Virus record (IMG/VR): IMGVR_UViG_3300036985_007727
Location: 1-37,951 of that record
Origin: a virus
Taxonomy: Duplodnaviria; Caudoviricetes
DNA: 37,951 bases
Strand: one strand, 5' to 3'
Below, piece by piece: positions 8,752 to 17,747 of the stretch; within the stretch, counting starts at the first letter, position 1, and every line of letters starts with the position of its first letter. Below the pieces are notes generated by a model. It was not told the origin of the DNA. It was given only the letters and a program-made list of their open reading frames with translations, and ran no database searches. The position numbers and the translations under genes are program-made.

Positions 8752-9764
8752 GTTGAAAAAATCCAATCATTCATAATATTTGGATGAACGTTTGATAGAT
8801 TTGTAATATCAACACCATAAACAAGTGATCCATCCCAAGGTTTATGAAAAATCCAACCAGCAGTTTGGGTTTCTAGTTTTTGGGAATATTCAGAAATCAT
8901 TTGGTCTGTAACTTCTTCATTTTTTAATCCTGGGAACATAGGATTGTTATAGGTTGGGTCAGCCCCGTATAATGCCGCCCATGATTTGCTCCAAAAACTT
9001 CTATATGTTTCTAACTTGCGTTTAATAGAAAACCATGAGTAATGGTATATGGAAGGCATATTAACATTGTTTACGATATTTTTAAGAAACCAAGATGAAT
9101 AAGTTTCATTAGCATCTTCATTTAAGAGTGCTTGTTGCCGTAACCCTTGCATAAAGTCAATATTTGCAACATATACAGGCAATGGATTTAGTGTATCAGC
9201 ATGGATCATATTACATCCATCTGTTCCTGGTTTTGCATATAATAAATTATCTTTATTATATCGAAGCTGCCCAGGAATTCCATGAATGATATATGGTTTA
9301 TTTTTACTAATTCGCTCTTTTGTTGGACCAATGTCAATTCTGATTTTGTTTGCCCCCCAAAATTCAATAACAGGAAACGCTAAAATATCTGCGGGTGTAT
9401 TAGCGAATCCTTCAATTATATTCTTCCAAGATCCATAGTCTTTTTCATGGATTACTTCATCTACATCAATCTGAAAAAGGACATCTCCAGAACATAGCTT
9501 TCTAGCATTTGTTTTTGTTATTCCATCGTATATACCATGATTTGGAGCATCCCAAGGAATATCATTATTTGTATAAATCTTTATTTTTGAATTAGTATTA
9601 GCTAATCCTTTTAGCATTTCTCTTGTGCCGTCATTTTTTATTGATGTATCATAAACAATAACTTCATCAACAATATTTGAAACAGAATTTAAACATTCCC
9701 TAACAGGGTATTTTCCTGTAATAACATCTTTTGTTGTTGCATAAGCACTTGTTTTAATTGCCAT
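8748..9764 (-). CDS. Glycosyltransferase family 2-like (GT-A fold)
   Basis: ECLNSV..VDEVIVYD...DGT, AR..C.GD.LFQIDVDE (DxD) and IYHYSW. Confidence 0.85.
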   Translation of the reverse strand: MAIKTSAYATTKDVITGKYPVRECLNSVSNIVDEVIVYDTSIKNDGTREMLKGLANTNSKIKIYTNNDIPWDAPNHGIYDGITKTNARKLCSGDVLFQIDVDEVIHEKDYGSWKNIIEGFANTPADILAFPVIEFWGANKIRIDIGPTKERISKNKPYIIHGIPGQLRYNKDNLLYAKPGTDGCNMIHADTLNPLPVYVANIDFMQGLRQQALLNEDANETYSSWFLKNIVNNVNMPSIYHYSWFSIKRKLETYRSFWSKSWAALYGADPTYNNPMFPGLKNEEVTDQMISEYSQKLETQTAGWIFHKPWDGSLVYGVDITNLSNVHPNIMNDWIFST

Positions 9765-9766
9765 GA

Positions 9767-10669
9767 TTAACCTTTACAATGAGTGGTATTATAGTATACG
9801 CAAAATCTGCAACTTTCACGATTTTTTGTATAGAAATGTTTTTTAATATTCAAAAAGAATTTATGAATTAACTTCTCGGCTTCTTCAAGCTTGGGAGCAT
9901 CAATTTCAATTGGAATAAAAGCAATTCTATTTTGATTATTTTTTGTAACTTTTCTTCGTAGTACAACAAATCCACACTTAATTTTATCAAGTGGAATGTT
10001 ATTTTTTATTGAATAAAAATGCTTATAAAGCACAAGTTGCATATATTTTTTAGGATCTTTTGACTTGGAAGAATCCCAAAAATCTTTACTTGATTTCCAA
10101 TCACAAATCCAATAGTTGTCACCTGACTTAAAGATAGCATCAATGTAGCCCTTAAAGAAATAGCCATCTTCACCAATAATTGGTTCAAATAGTTCATATT
10201 CGGCGGCAACAAACTCCCAATCACCAAATGTTGTACTCATGAAATCAGGAATTTGATCCATGATTGGTTTGATAGCGTCATGCCACAAAGTTTTATCTTT
10301 CTCAAGATCTTCAGCATTTTTAAGCTTTGAAAACATTTCTGTTAAGACTTGTTTCTGGGCATCAAAATCTGGCATCTCTTTTGTTTTGATATAGTTCTCC
10401 AAGATATCATGAAGAACTTGTCCAAACTCCGTGTTTTCATTTGGACCATCAAGAGCAATTTGCTCAATGTATTTTAGTTTATGTTTAAACTTGCACTCAT
10501 ACCAAGTTAGTAACTCAGAAAATGAAATATAGTTTTTCTTCTTTTCAATTGGAAGAGTAGAAACATTGCCTTCAAATACTTTCTTTAAAGAAAAGTCTTC
10601 AACAGACTCTCCCTGTTGTTCAAAATATAAGATAGGTAATACTTTCTTTTTTGTAAGATCGACTGACAT
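9767..10669 (-). CDS. PD-(D/E)XK nuclease, Cas4/AddB-like
   Basis: ISFS....YEC, FG..LH..LE, FKGYIDAI, ICDWKS and QL.LY motifs, plus C-terminal CRFC...C (1+3 Cys Fe-S staple pattern). Confidence 0.88.
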   Translation of the reverse strand: MSVDLTKKKVLPILYFEQQGESVEDFSLKKVFEGNVSTLPIEKKKNYISFSELLTWYECKFKHKLKYIEQIALDGPNENTEFGQVLHDILENYIKTKEMPDFDAQKQVLTEMFSKLKNAEDLEKDKTLWHDAIKPIMDQIPDFMSTTFGDWEFVAAEYELFEPIIGEDGYFFKGYIDAIFKSGDNYWICDWKSSKDFWDSSKSKDPKKYMQLVLYKHFYSIKNNIPLDKIKCGFVVLRRKVTKNNQNRIAFIPIEIDAPKLEEAEKLIHKFFLNIKKHFYTKNRESCRFCVYYNTTHCKG

Positions 10670-10675
10670 ACGTTC

Positions 10676-10705
10676 ATGATAAGGCCCACCCTATCACTTT
10701 GTCAA
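10676..10705 (-). promoter_or_regulatory. Sigma70 promoter, probably giving a leaderless mRNA
   Basis: TTGACA-N18-TATCAT, with 6 nt between the -10 and ATG 10669. Confidence 0.72.
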
Positions 10706-10709
10706 GGCA

Positions 10710-11822
10710 TCAAGAGTAGTTGGACGAATTATGTCGAACTCCAAATTCAACATTTGTTCTAAATTGTTCTAGTGTTTTTGCATTGCAATAACTCATTGCT
10801 GAACGAATACCGCCAGCAATATGCTCAATAATTTCTACGGCACTACCTTTAACCTTAATGGTAACTTCTTTACCTTCTGGTGTGGCTCGCATAATATTTT
10901 GATCATTCAACACATCGCTTTGCCGTTTCATAGCCCAAAAAGATGCCATTCCTCTATATTGAACTGTACCTGTATTTGGTTCAATTGATTCAATCAATCT
11001 TTGAAGATGATCAACTTCATATCCGCCAGTTTCTTCTTTCAGCATTCTTTCTTCAATTTGTTTAATGTGTCGCTTAACACCCACAACAATTGGCGTTTCT
11101 TGTGTGCCAGCAAAGAATGAACCACTCATAACAAGGGCGGCACCTGCACCAATCGCTTTTGCAAAATCACCAATTTCTTTGCAACCACCATCAGCAATAA
11201 TTGGAACGTTTAGTTTTGGATGAGTTGCAGTATCAAGAACATTAGAAAATGTTGGCGAATTAACACCAGTTACATTTTTTGTTGAACAAATAGAACCACT
11301 GCCCACATTAATTTTAACGGCATCTGCACCCATTTCTTGTAGAGCGATAGCACCTTCTGGTGTGCCAACATTTCCAAGAACAATAAAAAGTTTATTACGA
11401 TATGACAAACCATTTACAATATTCATCATTTCTTCGACTTGAATACACCAAGCATTTGCAATATCTACAATAAATCTTGTGCATCCAGCTTCGTAAAGAG
11501 CATGAATTCTGTTTATATAATCTTTTACACCTAAACTGCAAAAGCAATCAGCTCCAGCGGCAACAACCTTTTTATACTCTGTTACATTATCATGGATTGT
11601 CATAAATCGGTGAAGACCAGCAATAGCACCAGATTTAAATGCGGCAATTGCCATATCAGCTTCCGTAACTGTATCCATGTTAGCCACAAACACAGGAATT
11701 TTAATATTTAATCCAGCAAATTCTATGCTGGTATCTGCATCCATTCTAGAACGAAGGGAAGAATATTTGGGTTTAATAAAAACATCTTGATAAGAATACT
11801 TTGGCGTTGTGTCAATTTTCAT
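10710..11822 (-). CDS. IMP dehydrogenase / GMP reductase family protein without CBS domains
   Basis: [39 protein letters not shown] (catalytic Cys), [19 protein letters not shown] and PEG motifs. True start is MKIDT at 11822; the ORF-track extension overlaps the opposite gene. Confidence 0.92.
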   Translation of the reverse strand: MKIDTTPKYSYQDVFIKPKYSSLRSRMDADTSIEFAGLNIKIPVFVANMDTVTEADMAIAAFKSGAIAGLHRFMTIHDNVTEYKKVVAAGADCFCSLGVKDYINRIHALYEAGCTRFIVDIANAWCIQVEEMMNIVNGLSYRNKLFIVLGNVGTPEGAIALQEMGADAVKINVGSGSICSTKNVTGVNSPTFSNVLDTATHPKLNVPIIADGGCKEIGDFAKAIGAGAALVMSGSFFAGTQETPIVVGVKRHIKQIEERMLKEETGGYEVDHLQRLIESIEPNTGTVQYRGMASFWAMKRQSDVLNDQNIMRATPEGKEVTIKVKGSAVEIIEHIAGGIRSAMSYCNAKTLEQFRTNVEFGVRHNSSNYS

Positions 11823-11828
11823 ATTGTT

Positions 11829-11858
11829 AATATAATGCCTACCTTTATTATTAGTCAA
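11829..11858 (-). promoter_or_regulatory. Sigma70 promoter, probably giving a leaderless mRNA
   Basis: TTGACT-N18-TATATT, with 6 nt between the -10 and ATG 11822. Confidence 0.65.
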
Positions 11859-11892
11859 TAGAGAATACTTACTTAGAGAAAGAGTTAAGTTT

Positions 11893-12267
11893 ATGGATTT
11901 AACACCAAAAAACAAAAAGATTATAAAAGACTTTGTAATGCATTGCCGTGACGAACTTGGTATCGTCTCCAAGTTTTCAATTAAGCTAGTAAAACGTGGA
12001 TTACCAGATCCAACCGCTGGGATTTTCAATCCCGCAACAAAAGAAATTTTTGTTTGTTGTAAAAATAGAGCTGTGGCAGATTGCTTACGCACAATCGCTC
12101 ATGAATTAACTCATCTTAGACAACTTGAAACCATGGATCACGATGATGGTTTTCCCACAAATGATGAGGAATTGCAACCTTTTGAAAACGAGGCCAACGT
12201 ATCAAGTGGAAAATTAGTGAGATACTGGGGCCGAAACCACAGGGAAATCTACGATGACCTAAAGTGA
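11893..12267 (+). CDS. Small zincin-like metallopeptidase (HExxH)
   Basis: LRTIAHELTHLRQ followed by ENEAN (candidate third ligand Glu). Confidence 0.7.
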   Translation: MDLTPKNKKIIKDFVMHCRDELGIVSKFSIKLVKRGLPDPTAGIFNPATKEIFVCCKNRAVADCLRTIAHELTHLRQLETMDHDDGFPTNDEELQPFENEANVSSGKLVRYWGRNHREIYDDLK

Positions 12268-12275
12268 TTTTAGAG

Positions 12276-13208
12276 TCAACCCAATACTTCCCAAAAATAT
12301 GCTGGTCTACTCCTCAAGTAGTCCATCATTTCTTCTCTTGATCCTGTAAACCATTGCTCATCTTTGTGTTGAACATTTTTATTTAGCAACAATTCAAGTC
12401 CAAGTGCTTTTGCTTCAATTACAACTCTGGGACAAGTATCTTTATCTGCTGGTCTAAAGCAGAATGTTTTATACTGTGCAATAACTTTCAAGAATTCATT
12501 ATATGGAAGTCTGGGGAGGTGTTCGTACTCTTTATTTTCCACAGAAAGCCAAGCTACAGTATTCTCAATGCCTTTGATCCATGTTGCGTTGTCATTTGAT
12601 AGGATAGCCACCTTCTCTTTTTTGTTAAAAGCTGGGTTACCAAATACTTGATATAGGCTATCTAAATACTTTAGAGTATCGGCATCAAAACATGATGAAA
12701 GAATATGGTTATTACAATTTCCAACTTCAGGAATTCTTGTGATAAAATGTTTCTTTTGGGCCTCGCTCATCCAAAATACATTTTGTGCTCTTGTAAAGAG
12801 TTCTTGAATTAGAGTACGAATTTCTAGGTTTGCTGGGCAATCGCATGGTTTCTTGGCTTGCATTAGATGCAAACCTTCAGATCTAAACTTACAGTATTTG
12901 TAATCGTATTCAACAACCGAATATTTAGCCCCAGATTGGATTAGTGCCTCTAATCCTTCTTTATTGGCGGTTACAAAGTTAAAAACTACAAAAGTTTTAT
13001 CTAGGTTTCTTTCAATTAATTCTGGTGTAAGTGAGTTTGCATGAAGCTTGAAAACAGATTTGCCTTCTGGCCTTTGTTTATAAAGGGATTCTGTTGTAAG
13101 TTCTGCTCCACCTTGGACATCATTAGCAAAAAAATCGGCTACAAAAACAGTATTGTAATGGTTTGGAATATGAAATTCCATTGGGATGTTGGTAAACAGG
13201 TTTCTCAT
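12276..13208 (-). CDS. Glycosyltransferase, GT-B (GT4-like)
   Basis: N-terminal FVADFF...GGAELT, KG motif and C-terminal DTCPRVVIEAKALG (Ex7E-like). Confidence 0.72.
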   Translation of the reverse strand: MRNLFTNIPMEFHIPNHYNTVFVADFFANDVQGGAELTTESLYKQRPEGKSVFKLHANSLTPELIERNLDKTFVVFNFVTANKEGLEALIQSGAKYSVVEYDYKYCKFRSEGLHLMQAKKPCDCPANLEIRTLIQELFTRAQNVFWMSEAQKKHFITRIPEVGNCNNHILSSCFDADTLKYLDSLYQVFGNPAFNKKEKVAILSNDNATWIKGIENTVAWLSVENKEYEHLPRLPYNEFLKVIAQYKTFCFRPADKDTCPRVVIEAKALGLELLLNKNVQHKDEQWFTGSREEMMDYLRSRPAYFWEVLG

Positions 13209-13235
13209 TTTTGGTTTAGCATGATTATTAAAATC

Positions 13236-15338
13236 TCAAGTAGCGGATGTTTGTTCTTCGCTCTTTTGCATTTCATATACACGATATGTGCGATATTTTT
13301 CTTTATCAGAAAGTCCATAAACTTCTTCATCACGATAAAGGACATCTACGTAGCCCATGTCAATTTCTTTATTTAGTGCCGCAAAAGTCATAACAACCTT
13401 ATTTGCATCACGCTTTACCAAACCTTCTGGTTTGCAATCTTTCACATAAAACTTCTTGTAAAGAACGATCTCATCATCTTCTTCATAAGCCGCATCAAAA
13501 ACGTAAATTTCACATCCAATTCCAATAATATCATCCCTTTTCCAAGAGGAGATTGTATCAAGAACTAGTTGACGATTTGACAAAATACCATCAGTTTGAG
13601 CGGCAATCATATCTTCATCATGGTTTGATACATATAGCATTTCTGCTTCATTGTATTCCATCGTTCTTACTGAACGATATTTTGTTACATGTTTTGGGTT
13701 GTCAGTAACTTTGACTTTTGTTTCTGATAGAAGTTTCTTTTCAACTTTTGCTTTCGGTTCTTGGTTCTCTGTTGTCATGGTAGACACTCTACTTTCTAGG
13801 CATAGACTAGTGCTAATCTGATGAGTAGTCAAGGCAGCAGGAAGAGTGTTTGTTATTGTTGGTGAAATGGATCTATTTATAGGCCAAATTTGAGGATTAT
13901 CTTTGGATGCTTTAGCTAGTGAATCAAAATGTGATTTATCCACACCAAGATATTCTGCTATTTTTGAGTCAAGACTTGGAGTGAATTTTATTATTTTGCC
14001 CCTGAGAGTTTTGATGTTAGAACTAATCAACTCAACTAATGTTCTAAACTCTGCATTAAGAATTTTAATTACCGATTCTTGGCTCACAAATTCATATCCA
14101 AAGCCAACTTTTTCTTTTGTGCAGTTTCCTTTACCAAAATATTTTACGCCCCTATAACGTCTTTTATGGAACTCTTCTCTGTTAAAGATAGATGCCCAGT
14201 TTTGATGTTCAATATTAAGGTAATTCCATAGTGGAATGCCATTAAAAACTTTATCCATAATTTGGTTTCTATTTTCAGTGTATTCTGATACGGTATGCCC
14301 CGTAAATTGATCTGTAAGAGATTTTTTCTTGATTGATAATTGGAATACTCTATTTTCAAAGTTTAAAAATACATTGAATAAATTCATTGATACAACTTCA
14401 TGACTATCAATAATACCAAGGTTAACAAGACGTTTTACCCACATATTGCTTGCATTTTCAAGAGAAAACTGCACCCTTTCTTTCACATCGTCACTTGGCT
14501 TTGATTTATCTTTATATGACAACACAGATTTTATTGTGCGTTCAACTTCTTGCTTTGTGAAAGACTCTTTGCCTTCCATCATTGACCAACACTTATTAGC
14601 TGTAGAAACTATTTCTTTTCTGTTAAAATTTGTTCTCTTTGCAGTCTTTATCAGTTCATTAAAAAGTGTTTGATTTCTTTCACCAATCTTGATTGGTTGT
14701 TTGCCGTTAAAATTTTGACACTCTGCAACTTCATCATTTGTTTGTTCTTTTGTTGAAATTGTTTTAAACTGATTATAAAACCAATCTGGAAGTTGTTTTA
14801 GATCCTTACCGTTCCATTCATATTGTTTACCAGATGAATGCTTAGATCCTGGGCCGACAACAAATCTATTGTTGCAAATGATATCAAAACCTTGATTTTT
14901 AATCTTAATTCTTGATTCCATGTTTCCAAGGAAATAAAAATGTATTCCTTTTCCAGAAATTACTTCACATGTATTTTCAAGTTTAAGTTTGCTGATTAAA
15001 TCTTTTCCAAGTTCTACATCATCAAAATCAACTACGATCAAACTTTTATTTTGATCATGATTCTTGCCGCAAACAACACCAAAATTAAACATGTTCTTTT
15101 GAACAAGCCCAGTATAATATGAAACCTCCTCTCTTTTTACAGCTTTTTCTCTTAGGAAATCACTACCCTTCCATTTCTCAACTGGGTGCTTACCAATACT
15201 TTTACATGTTGATCTCATACAATTACACCCAGAGTTATTTGTAACTCCATGCAAAAACAAAACTTTAAAACCATGATCGATGCCGATCATTGAATAGAAA
15301 TCTTCTAATGCCATACTTTTCTCTTCAGAACTCAACAT
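13236..15338 (-). CDS. Bifunctional primase-polymerase (Prim-Pol) with PriCT-1 and unknown C-terminal domains
   Basis: CNC....C...GKHP, NFGVVCG, VVDFD, SGKGIHFYF, FVVGPGS.H.SG..YEW and LPDW motifs, then GERNQTLF (PriCT-1). Confidence 0.88.
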   Translation of the reverse strand: MLSSEEKSMALEDFYSMIGIDHGFKVLFLHGVTNNSGCNCMRSTCKSIGKHPVEKWKGSDFLREKAVKREEVSYYTGLVQKNMFNFGVVCGKNHDQNKSLIVVDFDDVELGKDLISKLKLENTCEVISGKGIHFYFLGNMESRIKIKNQGFDIICNNRFVVGPGSKHSSGKQYEWNGKDLKQLPDWFYNQFKTISTKEQTNDEVAECQNFNGKQPIKIGERNQTLFNELIKTAKRTNFNRKEIVSTANKCWSMMEGKESFTKQEVERTIKSVLSYKDKSKPSDDVKERVQFSLENASNMWVKRLVNLGIIDSHEVVSMNLFNVFLNFENRVFQLSIKKKSLTDQFTGHTVSEYTENRNQIMDKVFNGIPLWNYLNIEHQNWASIFNREEFHKRRYRGVKYFGKGNCTKEKVGFGYEFVSQESVIKILNAEFRTLVELISSNIKTLRGKIIKFTPSLDSKIAEYLGVDKSHFDSLAKASKDNPQIWPINRSISPTITNTLPAALTTHQISTSLCLESRVSTMTTENQEPKAKVEKKLLSETKVKVTDNPKHVTKYRSVRTMEYNEAEMLYVSNHDEDMIAAQTDGILSNRQLVLDTISSWKRDDIIGIGCEIYVFDAAYEEDDEIVLYKKFYVKDCKPEGLVKRDANKVVMTFAALNKEIDMGYVDVLYRDEEVYGLSDKEKYRTYRVYEMQKSEEQTSAT
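13804..13832 (-). promoter_or_regulatory. Intragenic sigma70 promoter upstream of in-frame Met521 (13778)
   Basis: TTGACT-N17-TAGTCT inside the prim-pol ORF, then AGAAAG and ATG ACA ACA GAG. Confidence 0.55.
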
Positions 15339-15520
15339 CTGTATGTCCAGAGTTACCCAAAGGCAACCTAGTTGTTAAGGGGATTAGTTCCCTAGATTAG
15401 AGATTCTTTTCTCTCCTCCCCAAACCCCTTATATGTAGTAACCCAAGAAGTGGTAAAGTATTCTGCAATTGGAACAAAGTAAAATAACAATAAGTTTTAC
15501 TTAGTATTAGTTAATTCCAA

Positions 15521-16234
15521 ATGGCTTCCAGTATTAATAAAAATCGTTTTAAAAAAACATATGGTTATGAACGAGTCACTCCTGCATTTGCAAATGTGTT
15601 AATTGCTGGCACAACTCAGTCAATAACAATTGACCGTAATGTTATCAAAGTTGATAGACAATTTTATTTGCTTGCTGAACCAATTGAAACATCTTATACG
15701 CCACCCGCCCCTCCTGGTGAATATGAAGAGGACGATTATGACATTTCTTCTTTTATAGAAACGCAAACAATTACATTTACAACACCGTTTAGTTCAACTC
15801 CAATTGTTGTAGCCCAAACAAATACATCAACAAATGATCTATATAATGTAAACTTATTTATTGATTCTGTTTCTAACACGGATTTTACTGTTAGGTTTTC
15901 ATCAGCATTTTCTGGCTCCATTCGTTATAGAGCAATATATAATTCAACATATCCAGCTATTGTTGAAAGATTACCATTATTTCCTGGTTCTTTCTATACG
16001 GCATCAGCAGATATTGTTTCTCTGACTAATGAAGACCAAAAAACAATTACTTATCCAAGTCTTGGTGCCGCCCCGACAGAATTATTCTTAACCCCACAAG
16101 ATGCAAGTAATGATGATACAGCGCAGGTGTTTGTAACAATGTCTCTAGGTACATCGATTGGTAATACCAGTTCAGATATTACAGTTTCTACACCATTATC
16201 AAACCAAATTAACTTCATTGTCGCCAAGTCTTAA
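15521..16234 (+). CDS. Putative virion structural protein
   Basis: Ser/Thr-rich and beta-strand-like (TITFTTPFSSTPIVV, H-type-lectin-like pattern); first gene of the fibre cluster. Confidence 0.55.
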   Translation: MASSINKNRFKKTYGYERVTPAFANVLIAGTTQSITIDRNVIKVDRQFYLLAEPIETSYTPPAPPGEYEEDDYDISSFIETQTITFTTPFSSTPIVVAQTNTSTNDLYNVNLFIDSVSNTDFTVRFSSAFSGSIRYRAIYNSTYPAIVERLPLFPGSFYTASADIVSLTNEDQKTITYPSLGAAPTELFLTPQDASNDDTAQVFVTMSLGTSIGNTSSDITVSTPLSNQINFIVAKS

Positions 16235-16262
16235 TATTGGGCTTAATTAATTACAAAGTAAA

Positions 16263-17732
16263 ATGGCAATAGATTTTAGAGCAGATCAAGTAAGACTCAA
16301 CCGATTAATTTCTTCTGGTTCTACACCAATATTAATATATCCTTCCAGTAGTGCTAGTGATTTGTCTGGTGGACAAACAGCAGAATTTATAACTTCTTCT
16401 GTTGGTACAGATGTGTTCTTATTTGTTTCTGGTGCAACTGACGGTACAGGAAAAACTTTATTTGGTGGAGACGCAGTTGTTTCTGGAAATGTAAGAATAG
16501 ATCAATCTTTAGCTCAAGGAAATTCAGTTGTTGCTTCAGGCTTATATTCACATGCTCAAGGATTTGCAACAAATGCAACAAATTTTTATACACATGCCGA
16601 AGGTATAAGTACAAATGCTACAGGATTCTATTCGCACGCAGAAGGTAATACAACTACCGCATCAGGAACAGCAGCACACGCAGAAGGATTAGGCTCATTA
16701 GCTTCTGGTGTTTCTTCACATGCAGAAGGGGATTCGGCAACTTCTTCTGGCGATTATTCACATGCAGAAGGATCTGGGTCGATTGCATCTGGAAAATATG
16801 CACACGCAGAAGGTACTGCCACATTGGCTGCTGGAGATTATTCTCACGCAGAAGGCTTTTCAGCTACAACTTATGGTGATTATTCCCATGCAGAAGGTTC
16901 TGGGGCTACAACATATGCTACTGCTTCTCACGCAGAAGGCTTTTCAGCTACAACTTATGGTGATTATTCCCATGCAGAAGGACAATTTACCAACACTTAC
17001 GGTCTAGCGTCTCACGCAGAAGGTTTTTTTACCATAGCGCGTGGAGAATCTTCCCATGCAGAAGGTTATGGCTCAGAAACTTTTGGCACAGGTTCTTTTG
17101 CCGCTGGTTTGTATACGGTTGCTTCTGGTGCCGTTGATGGGGCCAATCCCCCAACAACAACCCAAGCTGCATTTGGAAAATATAACTTAAGAGATAATGT
17201 AGTTTCTTTGTTTGTTGTAGGTGACGGTTTAGATGATACCAATCGTCATGATATATTAAGAGTTGATTCTGGATCGGTTCAAGTAACAGGTTCATTGTTT
17301 GTAAATGGTGTTCAAATAACTGGTGGCGGTGGTGGCGGTGGTACTCAAAAACAATTTATCGCAAAATATGAAGAAACCACAAGCACTTCCACTGTTGTTA
17401 TTGGACAATTCTCTTGGGTTCCATCTGATTATGCAAGCTTAACAACATTAAGAGTGAGAGCAATCATGAGCACAGATGGGACGGCAAACCACACAGGAAG
17501 TTTGCAAATCTATAACCTTACATCTGGTTCATATATTGATCTTGTTAATACACCATCTATAGATACAGTTTTTATTATTACAAGTTCAATACCAACACTT
17601 GTAACTTCATCTAATTTATTATCAGGCATCACAAACTTTGATAATGCATCAACATCAATATATGAAATTAGAGTCTCTGGATCAACCGCAAATAGTACAA
17701 TTATTGGTGGTGTAGAGCTTGTTTACAGTTAA
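16263..17732 (+). CDS. Tail-fibre / adhesin-like protein with YadA-head-like HAEG beta-roll repeats
   Basis: 13 tandem 14-aa (S/A/T)HA(E/Q)G repeats, then a GKYN...LFVVGDG...R neck-like motif and a poly-Gly hinge. Confidence 0.8.
   Translation: MAIDFRADQVRLNRLISSGSTPILIYPSSSASDLSGGQTAEFITSSVGTDVFLFVSGATDGTGKTLFGGDAVVSGNVRIDQSLAQGNSVVASGLYSHAQGFATNATNFYTHAEGISTNATGFYSHAEGNTTTASGTAAHAEGLGSLASGVSSHAEGDSATSSGDYSHAEGSGSIASGKYAHAEGTATLAAGDYSHAEGFSATTYGDYSHAEGSGATTYATASHAEGFSATTYGDYSHAEGQFTNTYGLASHAEGFFTIARGESSHAEGYGSETFGTGSFAAGLYTVASGAVDGANPPTTTQAAFGKYNLRDNVVSLFVVGDGLDDTNRHDILRVDSGSVQVTGSLFVNGVQITGGGGGGGTQKQFIAKYEETTSTSTVVIGQFSWVPSDYASLTTLRVRAIMSTDGTANHTGSLQIYNLTSGSYIDLVNTPSIDTVFIITSSIPTLVTSSNLLSGITNFDNASTSIYEIRVSGSTANSTIIGGVELVYS
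16521..17066 (+). repeat. 42-bp-period coding repeat array containing an exact 57-bp duplication (16841-16897 = 16925-16981)
   Basis: CAYGCNSAAGG recurs every 42 nt from 16551 to 17055. The two exact copies are 84 nt apart. Confidence 0.9.
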
Positions 17733-17747
17733 TTAAAGGAAGTATAA

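Noticed and set aside
11823-12092. N-terminal extension of IMPDH/GMPR in the ORF track
   Set aside because: It overlaps the real plus-strand HExxH gene; family similarity and a promoter both point to 11822.
16521-17066. CRISPR-like periodic repeat
   Set aside because: The 42-bp period is in frame with synonymous variation, so it is a protein repeat.
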